Under the pieces are notes generated by a model. The model saw only the letters and a list, made by a program, of their open reading frames with translations, made no database searches and had not been told where the DNA came from. Below are positions 35,336-49,500 of a DNA stretch of 64,000 nt, one piece after another. Source of the DNA: Macrostomum lignano (taxonomy: Eukaryota); the NCBI GenBank assembly GCA_002269645.1, contig NIVC01002890.1:67604-131603 (forward strand). Direction: 5' to 3'. A program made the translations under genes and the position numbers. Position 1 is the first letter of the stretch. Every line of letters starts with the position of its first letter.

Positions 35336-37904
35336 TCCATTGGGCTAGATAATATCCTGTTGAATTAGTAGTATGTGTCGTAGATGATATAACGGCATTT
35401 TTCCGTTCTAAAACCAAATAAAACCTAAGCCTCAATATAGCTTAACTAAAAGGCCATGAGGGAGAGACGAGGGAGAAACGAATTTTAAATCTTAGTCAGT
35501 GGCACATAATCTAGTTACTATCAGACTCATTGCCATTGCTGAGCCATTTCTAAGCCTTTGCCTTCCAATGCATGCATGCGCAGAATTTCACCAAGACCTG
35601 CTTGCTTTCTACTATACTACTACTTTATATACCAAGGGTGTTGCAAATGTTGCCGGATTCTGTACGACAGGAATTTCCTATTTTAGTCACAACTCCTTGC
35701 ACAGCTTTCTCTATTGAACATTTTAAATTTCAAAAAATCGATTCAATTCAGCAGAACAGCTGTGGCTAAAGTTCACAATCCAGAAACTTGCCCGACCCAT
35801 CGTGCAGTCAACTAATTTTCTCTTCTGACTTTTAATAATTGTTTCAGCAACGAAAATTAACTCCCGTGTTTTAGCTTCAATTCGATTGCATTCCATATAC
35901 AGTTTTTGATTGCCTATACTTTGCTGTGTTTGAATCTCGATATTATTTACTTTTATTAAAATTGCTATCGCGTGTTGTACTTAATACTAGCATTATTAGT
36001 GTTTGTAAAGGTGTGTTTGCTTGTACTCCTGATTTTACTATATGCATGTCTATTTTCGACAGAGGTCAACATAACTACCTTAAAATTAAATTTTGAAGGC
36101 TTTTTCCTGGTATTTATTACCTAACTATTTCATCATTGTTTTTTATGCTCGCTTGCAAGTTATACGGAGCGTATATTATAACAATAAAATATTTTGATGA
36201 CTTTTAAATGATTTTTTTCGCCTGACTACTAAGCCATTTGGGAGACTATACCTGTGGAGTAACTCTTTAGATATCCTGTCGGCCTCGATGCATAAATCAT
36301 TTACATGAGCATACAGTTTGTTGCTCATGTTTTTTAGTTGCTTAAAAAATCCGGTCATACGTGACGTGAGAACCTCAAGCGAGCAAGCACTCTGGCTAAT
36401 ATCCGTGCTAATTGACTTTAGAATAGAGAATATCAATTGTCTGTACTATTGGCCATAGACTTACGAAGCGTTAGAGAAACAACTTTCTGTGTACTTTTAC
36501 GATGCTGCAGCAGAGTTCCGACGGAAGAGTCGGCTTGCGAGCCTTTCCAGCAGCCTATACGAGTACATGTAAGTAGAAGTTCAACAACTTTAAAGTCACT
36601 GCAGGTTATTGACTAAGTTTTTATATTGAGGGGTTCAATAGTCGGTCTTGAGTGCTTAAATGTCTAGGCCACGGTGCGATATTCTGGGCTTGTTACAAGG
36701 CCTTCTCCAACTTAGGTCTACGAGTACACCCAAGTTAAAGTGAGTTTCGAGAAACGCCCCCTCACTGGCTTGTCTGCAAAGTATATGGTCAAAACTCTGA
36801 AAAGATGCCAACTATGAATTATGAATTGTAGTCACAGATTCAAATCAAATCTATGGTGTCCAACCCATACATGCACATTACTCGGTGCAAATAAGCAAGG
36901 CAATAAAAAAATAACATCTGTGTCACGCGCTGTTAATTGCATATCTATGCGATGCTTAAAAGAATATTCAAATAAAGAAGAAAAGCGAATTAATTTCACA
37001 CAGTACCGAGTGTAGCTAGAGTGCAGTTTGTACTTTTTTGCATATCAAAACACGCGTTTAAATAGAGATATAGAAATATAGAATCAATGCAGAGAACACG
37101 CCACAGGGCTATGATCAGAAATATGAAGTGCGTTAAGGGGTGTAACAAGGAATATATATATCTATGGCGGCTCATTATAGTTTCATAAATCATATTTGAC
37201 ATCAACATAAACTAGTACAAGCTTATTTACTTTAACCGGTCCGTGAGATTAAGCTGCTCTCCTAGAGACAGAGGGTGAGCACTAACGAACATACGTTTAT
37301 TTTCTACGCGCATTGATCAGCATAAGCCTATAGTATAGACAAGTCGGAGAGAAAAGCATCTGTGAATTGCAATTAGAAGTAATAATTTTTATGCGTGTTA
37401 GAATAATAATTCATTTCTTAGGGAAGCCTCGTGATTTAAGCTGGGTGTAAAAGATGATACGGGCCTTGAATTCAATTATGGTCAACAAAACTGTTTATAG
37501 TTAGTATGAAATCGCTGCTATTAGGCAATGCTTGCACAGACAATGAACCATAGGGGGGAGTAAAAAATTGAAAAAGAAAACCAGAACTCCCAACGGACAA
37601 AAAAACTCGTCGCTATGGAAAATAAGAATAAACACACAAGACACTCCATGCAAGGAAAGACTGGCCTTGAGAATTCGGTTTAATGGCGACAATCAATGTA
37701 CTTTACTTTCCAGGAGGGGATCAGTAACTAGCAGAATTTCAATAACAAGATTGGCTTAGCGACCATCATTCTTTGTGCTGCTGAATCTAGGAAAATAAAA
37801 ATTAACCATGGAAAAAACTAATACATAAGCGCTGTGTTAAGGCAGCAACTCGTCACTATTATCAACGGTGAATTAAGGCAGGATAGGTCAGCGGTGATCG
37901 ATGG

Positions 37905-38259
37905 ATCATGTGAAGGACCAGTGAGTGATAGCGACGGCACAATGTGAAGGATCATTGGGTGATAGCGACGGCACAATGTGAAGGATCAGTGGGTGATAGC
38001 GACGGCACAATGTGAAGGATCAGAGGGTGATAGCGGCGGTCCAATGTGAAGGATCAGTGGGTGATAGCGACGGTCCAATGTGAAGGATCAGTGGGTGATA
38101 GCGGCGGTCCAATGTGAAGGATCAGTGGGTGATAGCGACGGTCCAATGTGAAGGATCAGTGGGTGATAGCGGCGGTCCAATGTGAAGGATCAGTGGGTGA
38201 TAGCGGCGGTCCAATGTGAAGGATCAGTGGGTGATAGCGGCGGTCCAATGTGAAGGATC
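37905..38259. repeat. 34-bp minisatellite, ~10 copies
   Basis: Unit GATCAGTGGGTGATAGCGRCGGTCCAATGTGAAG. Confidence 0.95.
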
Positions 38260-39039
38260 AAGGTGAACTTGCAACTGAGCTGTGCCCAAAAGCCCTAGTG
38301 TGTATATTTTTGAAAACGATATAAAAAGTAAAATATTAATAACATAAGTCAGTCAACTCTCGAAGGTCCGCCTTTGATAATAAGAATGTATTCTTTCTAA
38401 GAAACAATGATACTCGGATGTTAGGCGCATGTAGGCTCTATACTACTCAATACTTACACAAACGCGCGAAAACTTAAAAAAATCCTTCGGAAAAAAATTA
38501 CCCAAAAGTAAACAATAAGCACATGTGATGCACAGAAAACACAGATAGATTCAATAATAAGCACGTCTATATAGTCATTACCGTAAAACAGTAATAATAG
38601 CTATATATAATAAGCTTGACTAGATAGGCTTAACGGCAACACAGGTAATAATGTGCAAGAATATTATATTTAAATTATCCAAAAATCAATCAATCTTCGA
38701 GGAAGAGAAAAGAAGAAAAAGAAAATTCGAGGCAAAACTGCATGTTTTGAATTGTTACCAGAGAGTTTAAGAGAATTAAAAGAATCAATTAACGAACAGC
38801 ACCAAAAAGTTGTTTAAAAAACCCAATAAAGCAAACTTTACAAAAGCAGCATGATCCAGTCTGGTCCAAGTAGGCAAATCAAGTGGACACAAAAATTCAT
38901 GAAGACAATTTATTTCAGTAGTAAATATATTAACTGCAGCTGTGTCTTTCTGTGCATGTCCGGGCAAGGTATGCTTAATTCAGCCGATCAGCTACTAACG
39001 TACAGTAGTATGAACTGAATATATCAGGACGTCCGGGCA

Positions 39040-39652
39040 GAGGGCGATTCTAAGGATTCCGTCTCAGAATTCTCTTGAGGGTGTCAGGGGCGATTCTAAG
39101 GATTCCGTCTCAGAATTCTCTTGAGGGTGTCAGGGGCGATTCTAAGGATTCCGTCTCAGAATTCTCTTGAGGGTGTCTGGGGCGATTCTAAGAATTTCGT
39201 CTCAGAATTTTCTTGAGGGTGTCAGGGGCGATTCCAAGGATTCATTCTGAGAATTCTCTTGAGGGTGTCAGGGGCGATTCCAAGGATTCAGTCTGAGAAT
39301 TCTCTTGAGGGTGTCAGGGGCGATTCCAAGGATTCAGTCTGAGAATTCTCTTGAGGGTGTCAGAGGCGATTCCAAGGATTCAGTCTGAGAATTCTCTTGA
39401 GGGTGTCAGAGGCGATTCCAAGGATTCCGTCTCAGAATTTTCTTGAGGGTGTCAGGGGCGATTCCAAGGATTCAGTCTGAGAATTCTCTTGGGGATGTCA
39501 GGGGCGATTCCAAGGAGTCAGTCTGAGAATTCTCTTGGGGAGGTCAGAGGCGATTCCAAGGAGTCAGTCAGAGAATTCTCTTGGGGAGGTCAGAGGCGAT
39601 TCCAAGGATTCAGTCTCAGAGAATTCTCTTGGGGATGTCAGGGGCGATTCCA
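39040..39652. repeat. 46-bp minisatellite, ~13 copies
   Basis: Unit GGGCGATTCYAAGGATTCMGTCTSAGAATTCTCTTGAGGGTGTCAG, with gradual variant turnover along the array. Confidence 0.95.
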
Positions 39653-40565
39653 GAGACTCTTAGCCATCAGAGAACATATAATTCAGCATAGCACTGATAG
39701 TCGCAAAGCAGAAATGAAAGTGGCAAACGTCAGGTTTGAAGACTAGATTTATTTATATGGATTCATTTACGAGTACAATGCGACCGAATAACGAAAAAAA
39801 GATATCTGAAAGCGAGGACATAAAGACTATATCTGACGCAAAGATTAATAAACGGATTATTAAGAAGGCAGCTGTGGGCAGGTAAGTAGTATAACGCATA
39901 TATGACAGGTGTAAAATAAAAAAAGTGACAAAAAGCTGTTGTAGCGCAAATTCAAATTTACCTTGAAAGTAAGCAAACCGATAAAACAAATAAAAAAACA
40001 GCCACCAGTCGCCGCGAGGTGGGGGGAATAAAAAAGGTAATAAATGAAGAAAACGCAAAATTAGAGACAGTGACAAAGATTCATTAATAAATATAAGCCG
40101 TGAAGATTGCACTGCAAACTGTGTGAAAGCTAGTCAGTAGTAGGAAATTTCGGATTTTTATAATAGAGGGGGGAGAAGGCGGTGATCTTGCAAGTTAATT
40201 GCTCAATTCAAGATAACAGAATCACAGGCTATCCAATTCCTAGCTTGACTAATCTGCATTTTCAATCTCGACTTGGCAAAAGTGACTTACCACTAGTGGG
40301 CGGATCTCACTAACCTACAATGGCATTGAGCACTGATATTTTTTCAGTGACACTTCAACGGTAACAACAGTTTGTTAATACATTGCGCTTGTTACAGTTT
40401 GCCATTCAGTGCACGGTATTATGCTGCCAAAAATTATAGTCGAGATTGAGAAGGCTCGAATTGAAAGATATAATCCAACACTTTCGCTTGGTAAATTAGA
40501 GAAAATCGATGCCGAATTTGAATTCAACTAAATTTACGGAACAAAAGTGTAGAACAGTCAATTTG

Positions 40566-43500
40566 CTAGGCTTTGTCTGGCAGGCGACGCGCCGCCGGTC
40601 CACCTGTTGAGCCGCCGCCGCCGCCGCTGTTAGTCGACGAGGAAGTCGACTCCAACAGTCGATCGCCGCCGCGACTAGCATTGACGGTGGCGGCGGTCCC
40701 AGTCACCGAGGCGTTCAACTGACCGAGCGCTCGTTCGCAGAACTCGGACAGAAGGCGTTCAACCAGCTGGTTGTCCGCGCAACACTGGCTCGGCATGCCC
40801 AGACGAGCTCGCAGTCGGCCAAACCGAGCATCCAGCCTGGCCAGCAGTTCCGCATCAACAGAATCTGACGGCGAGTTGGCGCCGTCTAATGAGATCAATG
40901 CCAAATCGAGCGCTTGATCAAGATTATCCAACGCTAGCTGGGGACAAGTCGACGGACAATCGGTTTGTGCGGACAGATCTGCGGTGGAAGACTGCCGACG
41001 TGGCTGCTGCTGTTGTTGCTGCTGGCGCGGCGCTACCGGCGAATGTCGACTTTGAGTACCGCCAGACGGGGATGGCTTCGGATGGACTGGCGGAGGCAGC
41101 GACGATTGCTGCTGGTGGCTAACGGCAGCAGGAGCAGCAGCCGGCTGTCGAACAGCCGCTGAACCGGCGCCAGATCGCCGACGATTGTTGAGCATGCCGC
41201 TGAGCATGCTATTAACATCCAGCTTGCGCGGCCGCCTGGACAGAGCCGAGGCCGAGGCCGAGGCTGACGTCGAAGTCGACGTCGACGCAGTCGAATTAGT
41301 CGCTGACGAGAACGGCGATAACGACGCCGTTGACTGTGCCGGCGGATTGACCCCAGCGACAGTGCTGGCCGACTCATCAATATCCTCGTGCTCATCGATA
41401 ACGTGCTCACGGGCGCGAGCTGACGATGTCGAAGCTGAATTTGCGGCCGACGCAGCCACCACTGTTGACGCGCTGGACGAAGATGCCGCCGATGGAGCCG
41501 GCGTAGCTATCTGGGTTGGTGGCAGAAGCTGCTGAGCAGCAGGCGTTGCCGGCTCCAACTGGACGGGCAGGACCGGCACCGGAGCGACGACAACGTGAGC
41601 CGGGACTCCGGAGGACACCGAGGCCAGGGTGTGAGTACTCTCAGCCAAGGAGTCTGTAGGCGACACGGTGGATCCGCGAGTAGGCGACATTGACTGACAG
41701 TCATCGTCGATGCTAGCTAGGGCATGTCGGGCCACGGTTGCTGTAGTGAGCGCGGCGTCGGAATCGATGATGCTGCTGAGCTGGGCCGGTTCAAAGGCGC
41801 TTTCGGCAGTAGGTGCCGCCACTGGAGCCGCCGTGGACGTCTGCATCGACGGAGTCGGCGATGTTGAAGGCGACGAAGCCGCTAAGAGTCGACGAGCTTC
41901 CTGAACATCGTCGGACGTGACCGGACAGCTGAGTCTGGCTAGGCGCCTAGTCAGCTTGCTGGTCCGATCCCAGCGAGCTCGCATCATCGGTGGCGGAGGT
42001 TCGTTAACATCCGATTCCGGCTGCTCCTGTGCGGTGGACAGGTGCGAATTATCACCTTGCTGGATTTCTTCTAAAAGTTTTTCCTGTTGCAGCTGAAGCT
42101 GTTCTTCTTGCTGCAGCGGCAGCGGTGTCGGCGATGGCGACTTCGATGGCACCTCGAAGGTGACACTCGGCCGCGTGCTGGCATTTGTTGTTGAAGTCGC
42201 TGGTGCAGCCGCTATTGTTGTTGTTGACGCTGACGATGATTTGCCAACCGACTGGGGCCGTCTGCTAGAGCCCTGCTGACTCCTGATGCCAAGGCTGGCG
42301 GATGAGCGGCTGGCCTCACGGCTCAGATTGCCGCGACCCGGCCGCACTCTGGACGACGGCTCGGTGCCGCTGAGCGCCTGCAGCCGGCGCCGCGTGTCCT
42401 CCGCCATCTTGGCCAGGCTCTCCCGCGGTTTGCCTCCGCCTCCGCCGCTAGGCGAAGCCATCGATGAGGAATCGGCGGCCGACGTGGCCGAACGGCATCG
42501 AAGGCTCTGGGATCGAACCAGCGGTTGCGTAGCAGACGAAGATGGCGCCTGCGGACCAGCCGGCGGCTGCTGCTTTCTGTTGGCGGCAAATTTGGCGCTT
42601 AAACTGCACCGAGATGGGTTGTCTCCGGGCAGCACCGAGGCATCCAGGCCGAGAAGCAGCGACGCCGCTGGAGCTACCGGCGGCATCGACGCCTCAACTC
42701 CGTTCAGTGGCTCGTCATCAACTGGCGTTGAAGGATCTGAAGCTTCAACAACGCCGCCATCGTCTTCGTCTAGCCCTGATGCGCTCTTCGCCCGTCGGAC
42801 AATGCGGGACTGCGGCGCTGCTGACGCTTCTCTACTGGAGTTGATAACGGCAAATATTGGGAAATTCTCCTGCTGATCCTCACTATCCGGCTGCTGGGCG
42901 GGCGCCTGCGGCTGCAGCAGCGGTGGCGGCGGCGAAGAAGACAACGGGAACGGGGCGAAGGCTTCCCCAGCAGCGGCTGGCTGATCAGCTGCCAGCTTTT
43001 TCTGAGCCCAGGCGGGCAGGCCCAGATTCAAGCTGAAGCCTTCAGCCTCGGCTTGGCCCATAATTCGCACTAGGCCGGTGTCCAGAGAACCAGCGCACGA
43101 CACCAATTCCGAGGCGCTTTCAGCTTCTTCTGAATCTTCGGCGCCGTCTGTTGTTCCGCAGTCTTCGCTTTCGCCGTAGCTATTGCTGGCGTAGCTGTTT
43201 GACTCGTACAGCCTGTGGCGCATTCGCATTGTCATGGAGACTGGCAGGCGCCAGACAAACACGCAACCGTCCGCTCCGGTTGATACTAGATATCTCAGAT
43301 TGGGCAGAAACACCAGACTAAGCGGAGACTCCGAGTGGCCTTGGCACACCGCCACAGGCTGTCCGGTGTGGAAATCTATCACGCAGACGTCTTTGTCCGA
43401 ACTGGCCGTGGCCAGGAAACAGCCGGATGGGTCCAGGGCGCAGTGGATTAGGGAGCCTAAAGTGTATGGGAAAAGGATTTTGTAGATATAGGGAGTGGAG

Positions 43501-46500
43501 AGGCAGATTCACAAGGATACTGAGAGAGCGGATAGGCAGATTCACAAGGATACTGAGAGAGCGGATAGGCAGATTCACAAGGATACTGAGAGAGCGGATA
43601 GGCAGATTCACAAGGATACTGAGAGAGCGGATAGGCAGATTCACAAGGATACTGAGAGAGCGGATAGGCAGATTCACAAGGATACTGAGAGAGCGGATAG
43701 GCAGATTCACAAGGATACTGAGAGAGTGGATAGGCAGATTCACAAGGATACTGAGGGACCGGAGAGGCAGATTCACAAGGATACTGAGGGACCGGAGAGG
43801 CAGATTCACAAGGATACTGAGGGACCGGAGAGGCAGATTCACAAGGATACTGAGGGACCGGAGAGGCAGATTCACAAGGATACTGAGAGAGCGGATAGGC
43901 AGATTCACAAGGATACTGCGGAGCGGATAGGCAGATTCACAAGGATACTGCGGAGCGGATAGGCAGATTCACAAGGATACTGCGGAGCGGAGAGGCAGAT
44001 TCACAAGGATACTGCGGAGCGGATAGGCAGATTCACAAGGATACTGAGGGAGCGGATGGGCAGATTCACAAGAATACTGAGAGGCTAAGACGCATCAAAG
44101 CAGCAGAGAAAGAGTTGTCAAAAAAGGCACGCACCATCATCTCCCATGGCGCCGCGCAGTGAGCGCCTCAGTTTGCCGCTAAGGGCGCTGTAGACGCGGA
44201 CGCTGCGATCCTGGCAGGCAACGGCCAGCAGCTGGCGATGGCAGTCCATGGCGTACTGGGAGCAGCGGCTCTGTACATTGTGCTCCAAGCTGAGCTTTGG
44301 CGACCAAGGTTCAGACATGTCTAGCCGACGTAGCAGCAACGATTTGTCGGTGCCGCAGGTGATTAATCGACGACTGCCGTCGGCCAGTTCAACGACGCGA
44401 GCGCCGTAGACGGCACCGGAATGATCGTCTAGGGTAGCCAGCAGTTGCAGGCCGCCGCCGCCGACGCTGTCGATGCCGAACAGATGTACAAGTCGATCGC
44501 GAGACGCCGACACCAAGAGGTCGGGCTCCGCAGGTGACCTGGATTGGTAATAGTCCAACTGTAGGACTTCGCCGTCGTGAGCTTCAACGCAGGCGGCCTC
44601 CTCGGGTGCGCCGCTCTCCAGTGCAAATAAACGCAGATTTCCGGACCGGTCGCCAATAGCCAGCCAGCGGCCGTCGGCGCTGAACCGGACGGCGCGGACT
44701 CCGCTAGCGGCCGTGGCCGAGTCGTCAGTGGAGGCGCCGCCACCAACTGTATTAGTAGGCGAGGCGGAGCCGCCGCTCCTACTGGTGCTACCGCCGCCAG
44801 TGCTACTGCTGACGCCGCCGCCGCGACGCAAGTCGGCGAATCGATCCTCAACCAGCAGATCGCGCCTATCCAACAGGTAGATAACGCGCACTAAAGCGCC
44901 CTGTGGATTCCACAAGCGGACAGTATTATCGGCGCCGCAGGTGGCAAAGGTATTGCCGGGCAGACAGGCCGCAGATTTTAATGCGTCAACGCCCCATACG
45001 TAGCCGTTGTGATAGTGCTGGGCTAGGATACGCTTGGCCCGGGTCGGCTCCGCTATGTCCCAGGCGTACAGGCTGTGGTCGGCGTACACCACTACTAGGC
45101 GCTTGCGGGCCGTGTCAACGGCTACGGCGACGGCGTCCGGATAGTCGACAGTCTCCTCGGCGGTCAGAGAAGGCGTCGGAGATTCTGTACGACCGCCGGG
45201 TTGGTCGGTTGAGTCGCCCAGCTCGGAGCCGAGGGTGTGCGGCATCGGTAGGGAGAAAAGAAACCGAAGAGTCTGCTCGTCGAATGCCTGGCGAGTATCA
45301 GTTTGGCAATGATTATCAGTTGGATAGAGGGCGGTGATTATCAGTTGGATAGAGGGCGATGATTATCAGTTGGATAGAGGGCGATAATTATCAGTTGGAT
45401 AGAGGGCGATGATTATCAGTTGGATAGAGGGCGATGATTATCAGTTGGATAGAGGGCGATGATTATCAGTTGGATAGAGGGCAGTGACTATCAGTTGGAT
45501 AGAGGGCGATGATTATCAGTTGGATAGAGGGCGATGATTATCAGTTGGATAGAGGGCGATGATTATCAGTTGGATAGAGGGCGATGATTATCAGTTGGAT
45601 AGAGGGCGATGATTATCAGTTGGATAGAGGGCGATGATTATCAGTTGGATAGAGGGCGATAATTATCAGTTAGATAGAGGGCGATGATTATCAGTTGGAT
45701 AGAGGGCGATAATTATCAGTTGGATAGAGGGCGATGATTATCAGTTGGATAGAGGGCAGTGACTATCAGTTGGATAGAGGGCGATGATTATCAGTTGGAT
45801 AGAGGGCGATGATTATCAGTTGGATAGAGGGCGATGATTATCAGTTGGATAGAGGGCGATGATTATCAGTTGGATAGAGGGCAGTGACTATCAGTTGGAT
45901 AGAGGGCGATGATTATCAGTTGGATAGAGGGCGATGATTATCAGTTGGATAGAGGGCGATGATTATCAGTTGGATAGAGGGCGATGATTATCAGTTGGAT
46001 AGAGGGCGATGATTATCAGTTGGATAGAGGGCGATGATTATCAGTTGGATAGAGGGCGATGATTATCAGTTGGATAGAGGGCAGTGACTATCAGTTGGAT
46101 AGAGGGCGATGATTATCAGTTGGATAGAGGGCGATGATTATCAGTTGGATAGAGGGCGATGATTATCAGTTGGATAGAGGGCGATGATTATCAGTTGGAT
46201 AGAGGGCAGTGACTATCAGTTGGATAGAGGGCGATGATTATCAGTTGGATAGAGGGCGATGATTATCAGTTGGATAGAGGGCGATGATTATCAGTTGGAT
46301 AGAGGGCGATGATTTTCAGTTGGATAGAGGGCGATGATTATCAGTTGGATAGAGGGCGATGATTATCAGTTGGATAGAGGGCGATGATTATCAGTTGGAT
46401 AGAGGGCGATGATTATCAGTTGGATAGAGGGCGATAATTATCAGTTGGATAGAGGGCGATGATTATCAGTTGGATAGAGGGCGATAATTATCAGTTGGAT

Positions 46501-49500
46501 AGAGGGCGATGATTATCAGTTGGATAGAGGGCAGTGACTATCAGTTGGATAGAGGGCGATGATTATCAGTTGGATAGAGGGCGATGATTATCAGTTGGAT
46601 AGAGGGCGATGATTATCAGTTGGATAGAGGGCGATGATTATCAGTTGGATAGAGGGCAGTGACTATCAGTTGGATAGAGGGCGATGATTATCAGTTGGAT
46701 AGAGGGCGATGATTATCAGTTGGATAGAGGGCGATGATTATCAGTTGGATAGAGGGCGATGATTATCAGTTGGATAGAGGGCGATGATTATCAGTTGGAT
46801 AGAGGGCGATGATTATCAGTTGGATAGAGGGCGATGATTATCAGTTGGATAGAGGGCAGTGACTATCAGTTGGATAGAGGGCGATGATTATCAGTTGGAT
46901 AGAGGGCGATGATTATCAGTTGGATAGAGGGCGATGATTATCAGTTGGATAGAGGGCGGTGACTATCAGTTGGATAGAGGGCGATGATTATCAGTTGGAT
47001 AGAGGGTGATGACTATCAGTTGGATGGAGGGTGATGACTATCAGTTGGATGGAGGGTGATGACTATCAGTTGGATGGAGGGTGATGACTATCAGTTGGAT
47101 AGAGGGTGATGACTATCAGTTGGATAGAGGGTGACGATAGCAACACTACACTGCAGCTCACCCTAACGCAGCCCCGGGCGCAGCCAACAAACACGCGACC
47201 AGCGGCGCCGTGCAGACAGAAGGCCCGGCTAGTTCGCAATTCTACGAAACGTTCAACATGCCGACGCTCGGAGAAATGGCACAGCTGGCCGCTGTTGCTC
47301 AGCGCCAGCAGGCCGCCGCCGTCTGGCAGGGGATGCACGCCGACAAAGGTGGCATTACGCATCTCGCCCAGTATAGCGTTGCGACTCTGAATTGGCACGG
47401 TGCCGCGGCTAGGCGGCTTAGGCGCGTCGAAATACCAAAATCGAACGTGTCTCACGCCGACAGTGACAAAATAGTGCGCGCTGAAAGCGAAAGCTACGGC
47501 GAATATCTTCGATGATACTTTGTTAGTTGCTAGGCGACTCTCGGCTCGCCAGTCCCACAGGCTGACGGTCATGTCCTGCTCGACGCCAACGCTTACTAGC
47601 AGGCGAGACGATGGGCTGAAGTCTAGGCAGCTAATGGCGTATCTGCAAGGTTAGAAGACCAGTGGAGGCCAGTCTTTTAGTGACTGTGACACTGGGTGGT
47701 GTGCAATTGAATGGTATGTTCAATTCTTTGGTACACAGCTGAGTGACATCGGATGGTGTGCAATTGAATGGAATTCTATGGTACACAGCTGAGTGACATT
47801 GGATGGTGTGCAATTGAATGGAATTCTATGACACAGCTGAGTGACATTGGATGGTGTGCAATTGAATGGAATTCTATGGTACACAGCTGAGTGACATTGG
47901 ATGGTGTGCAACTGAATGGAATTCTATGATACACAGCTGAGTGACATTGGATGGTGTGCAACTGAATGGAATTCTATGATACACAGCTGAGTGACATTGG
48001 ATGGTGTGCAATTGAATGGAATTCTATGATACACAGCTGAGTGACATTGGATGGTGTGCAACTGAATGGAATTCTATGATACACAGCTGAGTGACATTGG
48101 ATGGTGTGCAACTGAATGGAATTCTATGATACACAGCTGAGTGACATTGGATGGTGTGCAACTGAATGGAATTCTATGATACACAGCTGAGTGACATTGG
48201 ATGGTGTGCAACTGAATGGAATTCTATGATACACAGCTGAGTGACATTGGATGGTGTGCAACTGAATGGAATTCTATGATACACAGCTGAGTGACATTGG
48301 ATGGTGTGCAACTGAATGGAATTCTATGATACACAGCTGAGTGACATTGGATGGTGTGCAACTGAATGGAATTCTATGATACACAGCTGAGTGACATTGG
48401 ATGGTGTGCAACTGAATGGAATTCTATGATACACAGCTGAGTGACATTGGATGGTGTGCAACTGAATGGAATTCTATGATACACAGCTGAGTGACATTGG
48501 ATGGTGTGCAACTGAATGGAATTCTATCATACACAGCTGAGTGACATTGGATGGTGTGCAACTGAATGGAATTCTATCATACACAGCTGAGTGACATTGG
48601 ATGGTGTGCAACTGAATGGAATTCTATGATACACAGCTGAGTGACATTGGATGGTGTGCAACTGAATGGAATTCTATGATACACAGCTGAGTGACATTGG
48701 ATGGTGTGCAACTGAATGGAATTCTATGATACACAGCTGAGTGACATTGGATGGTGTGCAACTGAATGGAATCCTTTGATACACAGCTGCACTCTAATGA
48801 CACTGAAGCCACTCATCTCACACAGGATCTTAATGACGCACCTGTGTCCAGCCAGCTTAGCCACCAGGCTGCCGCCATCTTCAACAGACCAGACTCGCAC
48901 CAGCGGATCTTTGCCGCTCTCGCCCGTTGCCACGTGACGCCCGTCGTGACTGAACTTTAAACAGGTCAGAGATTTCTTGTGCGAGCCGCGCACAAATGAT
49001 TGCCTATTGGAGGCCGGGTCAAGCAGTACAATAGCGGCGCCGGCCGGGTAGGCAACTCTGCCGCTGGAGCTGTCCAAGCTGATGCTGCCTAGGGCTGTGA
49101 GACCCAGCACTCGCTCAAGGGACACCTGCGGATTGGGATTACCCAGCATTAAACTATTGGTAGCTTAATAGAAACCTAGGAAAACAACTAATGGGTCAAT
49201 GGGCCCTCTTAACTCAGCTTTCGAGATTTTTTGATATTACGAAGAAAATATTATAACAATTTAGGGATCGACAGCAGCGGATAAAATCTTTCTATGGGAT
49301 TAATACTACTCAAAAAATCTCATAAGGGGATCAACACTACTCAATAGAATCCCGCAAAGTGGATTAATACTATTCGATAAAATCCCACCGGGGGTTTAAC
49401 ACTACTCGATAAAATCCCACACTAGGGGATTAACACTACTCGATAAAATCCCACACTAGGGGATTAACACTATCTTACTCGATAAAATCCCACACTAGGG

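Noticed and set aside
36176-36600. Possible hAT transposase C-terminal fossil (ORF 36176-36436)
   Set aside because: Only vague resemblance, interrupted frames, no catalytic motifs or TIRs identified; needs TBLASTN.
45300-48790. Regular 25-50 bp repeats as CRISPR arrays
   Set aside because: Units are head-to-tail with no unique spacers, lie inside spliceosomal introns, and no cas genes are present.
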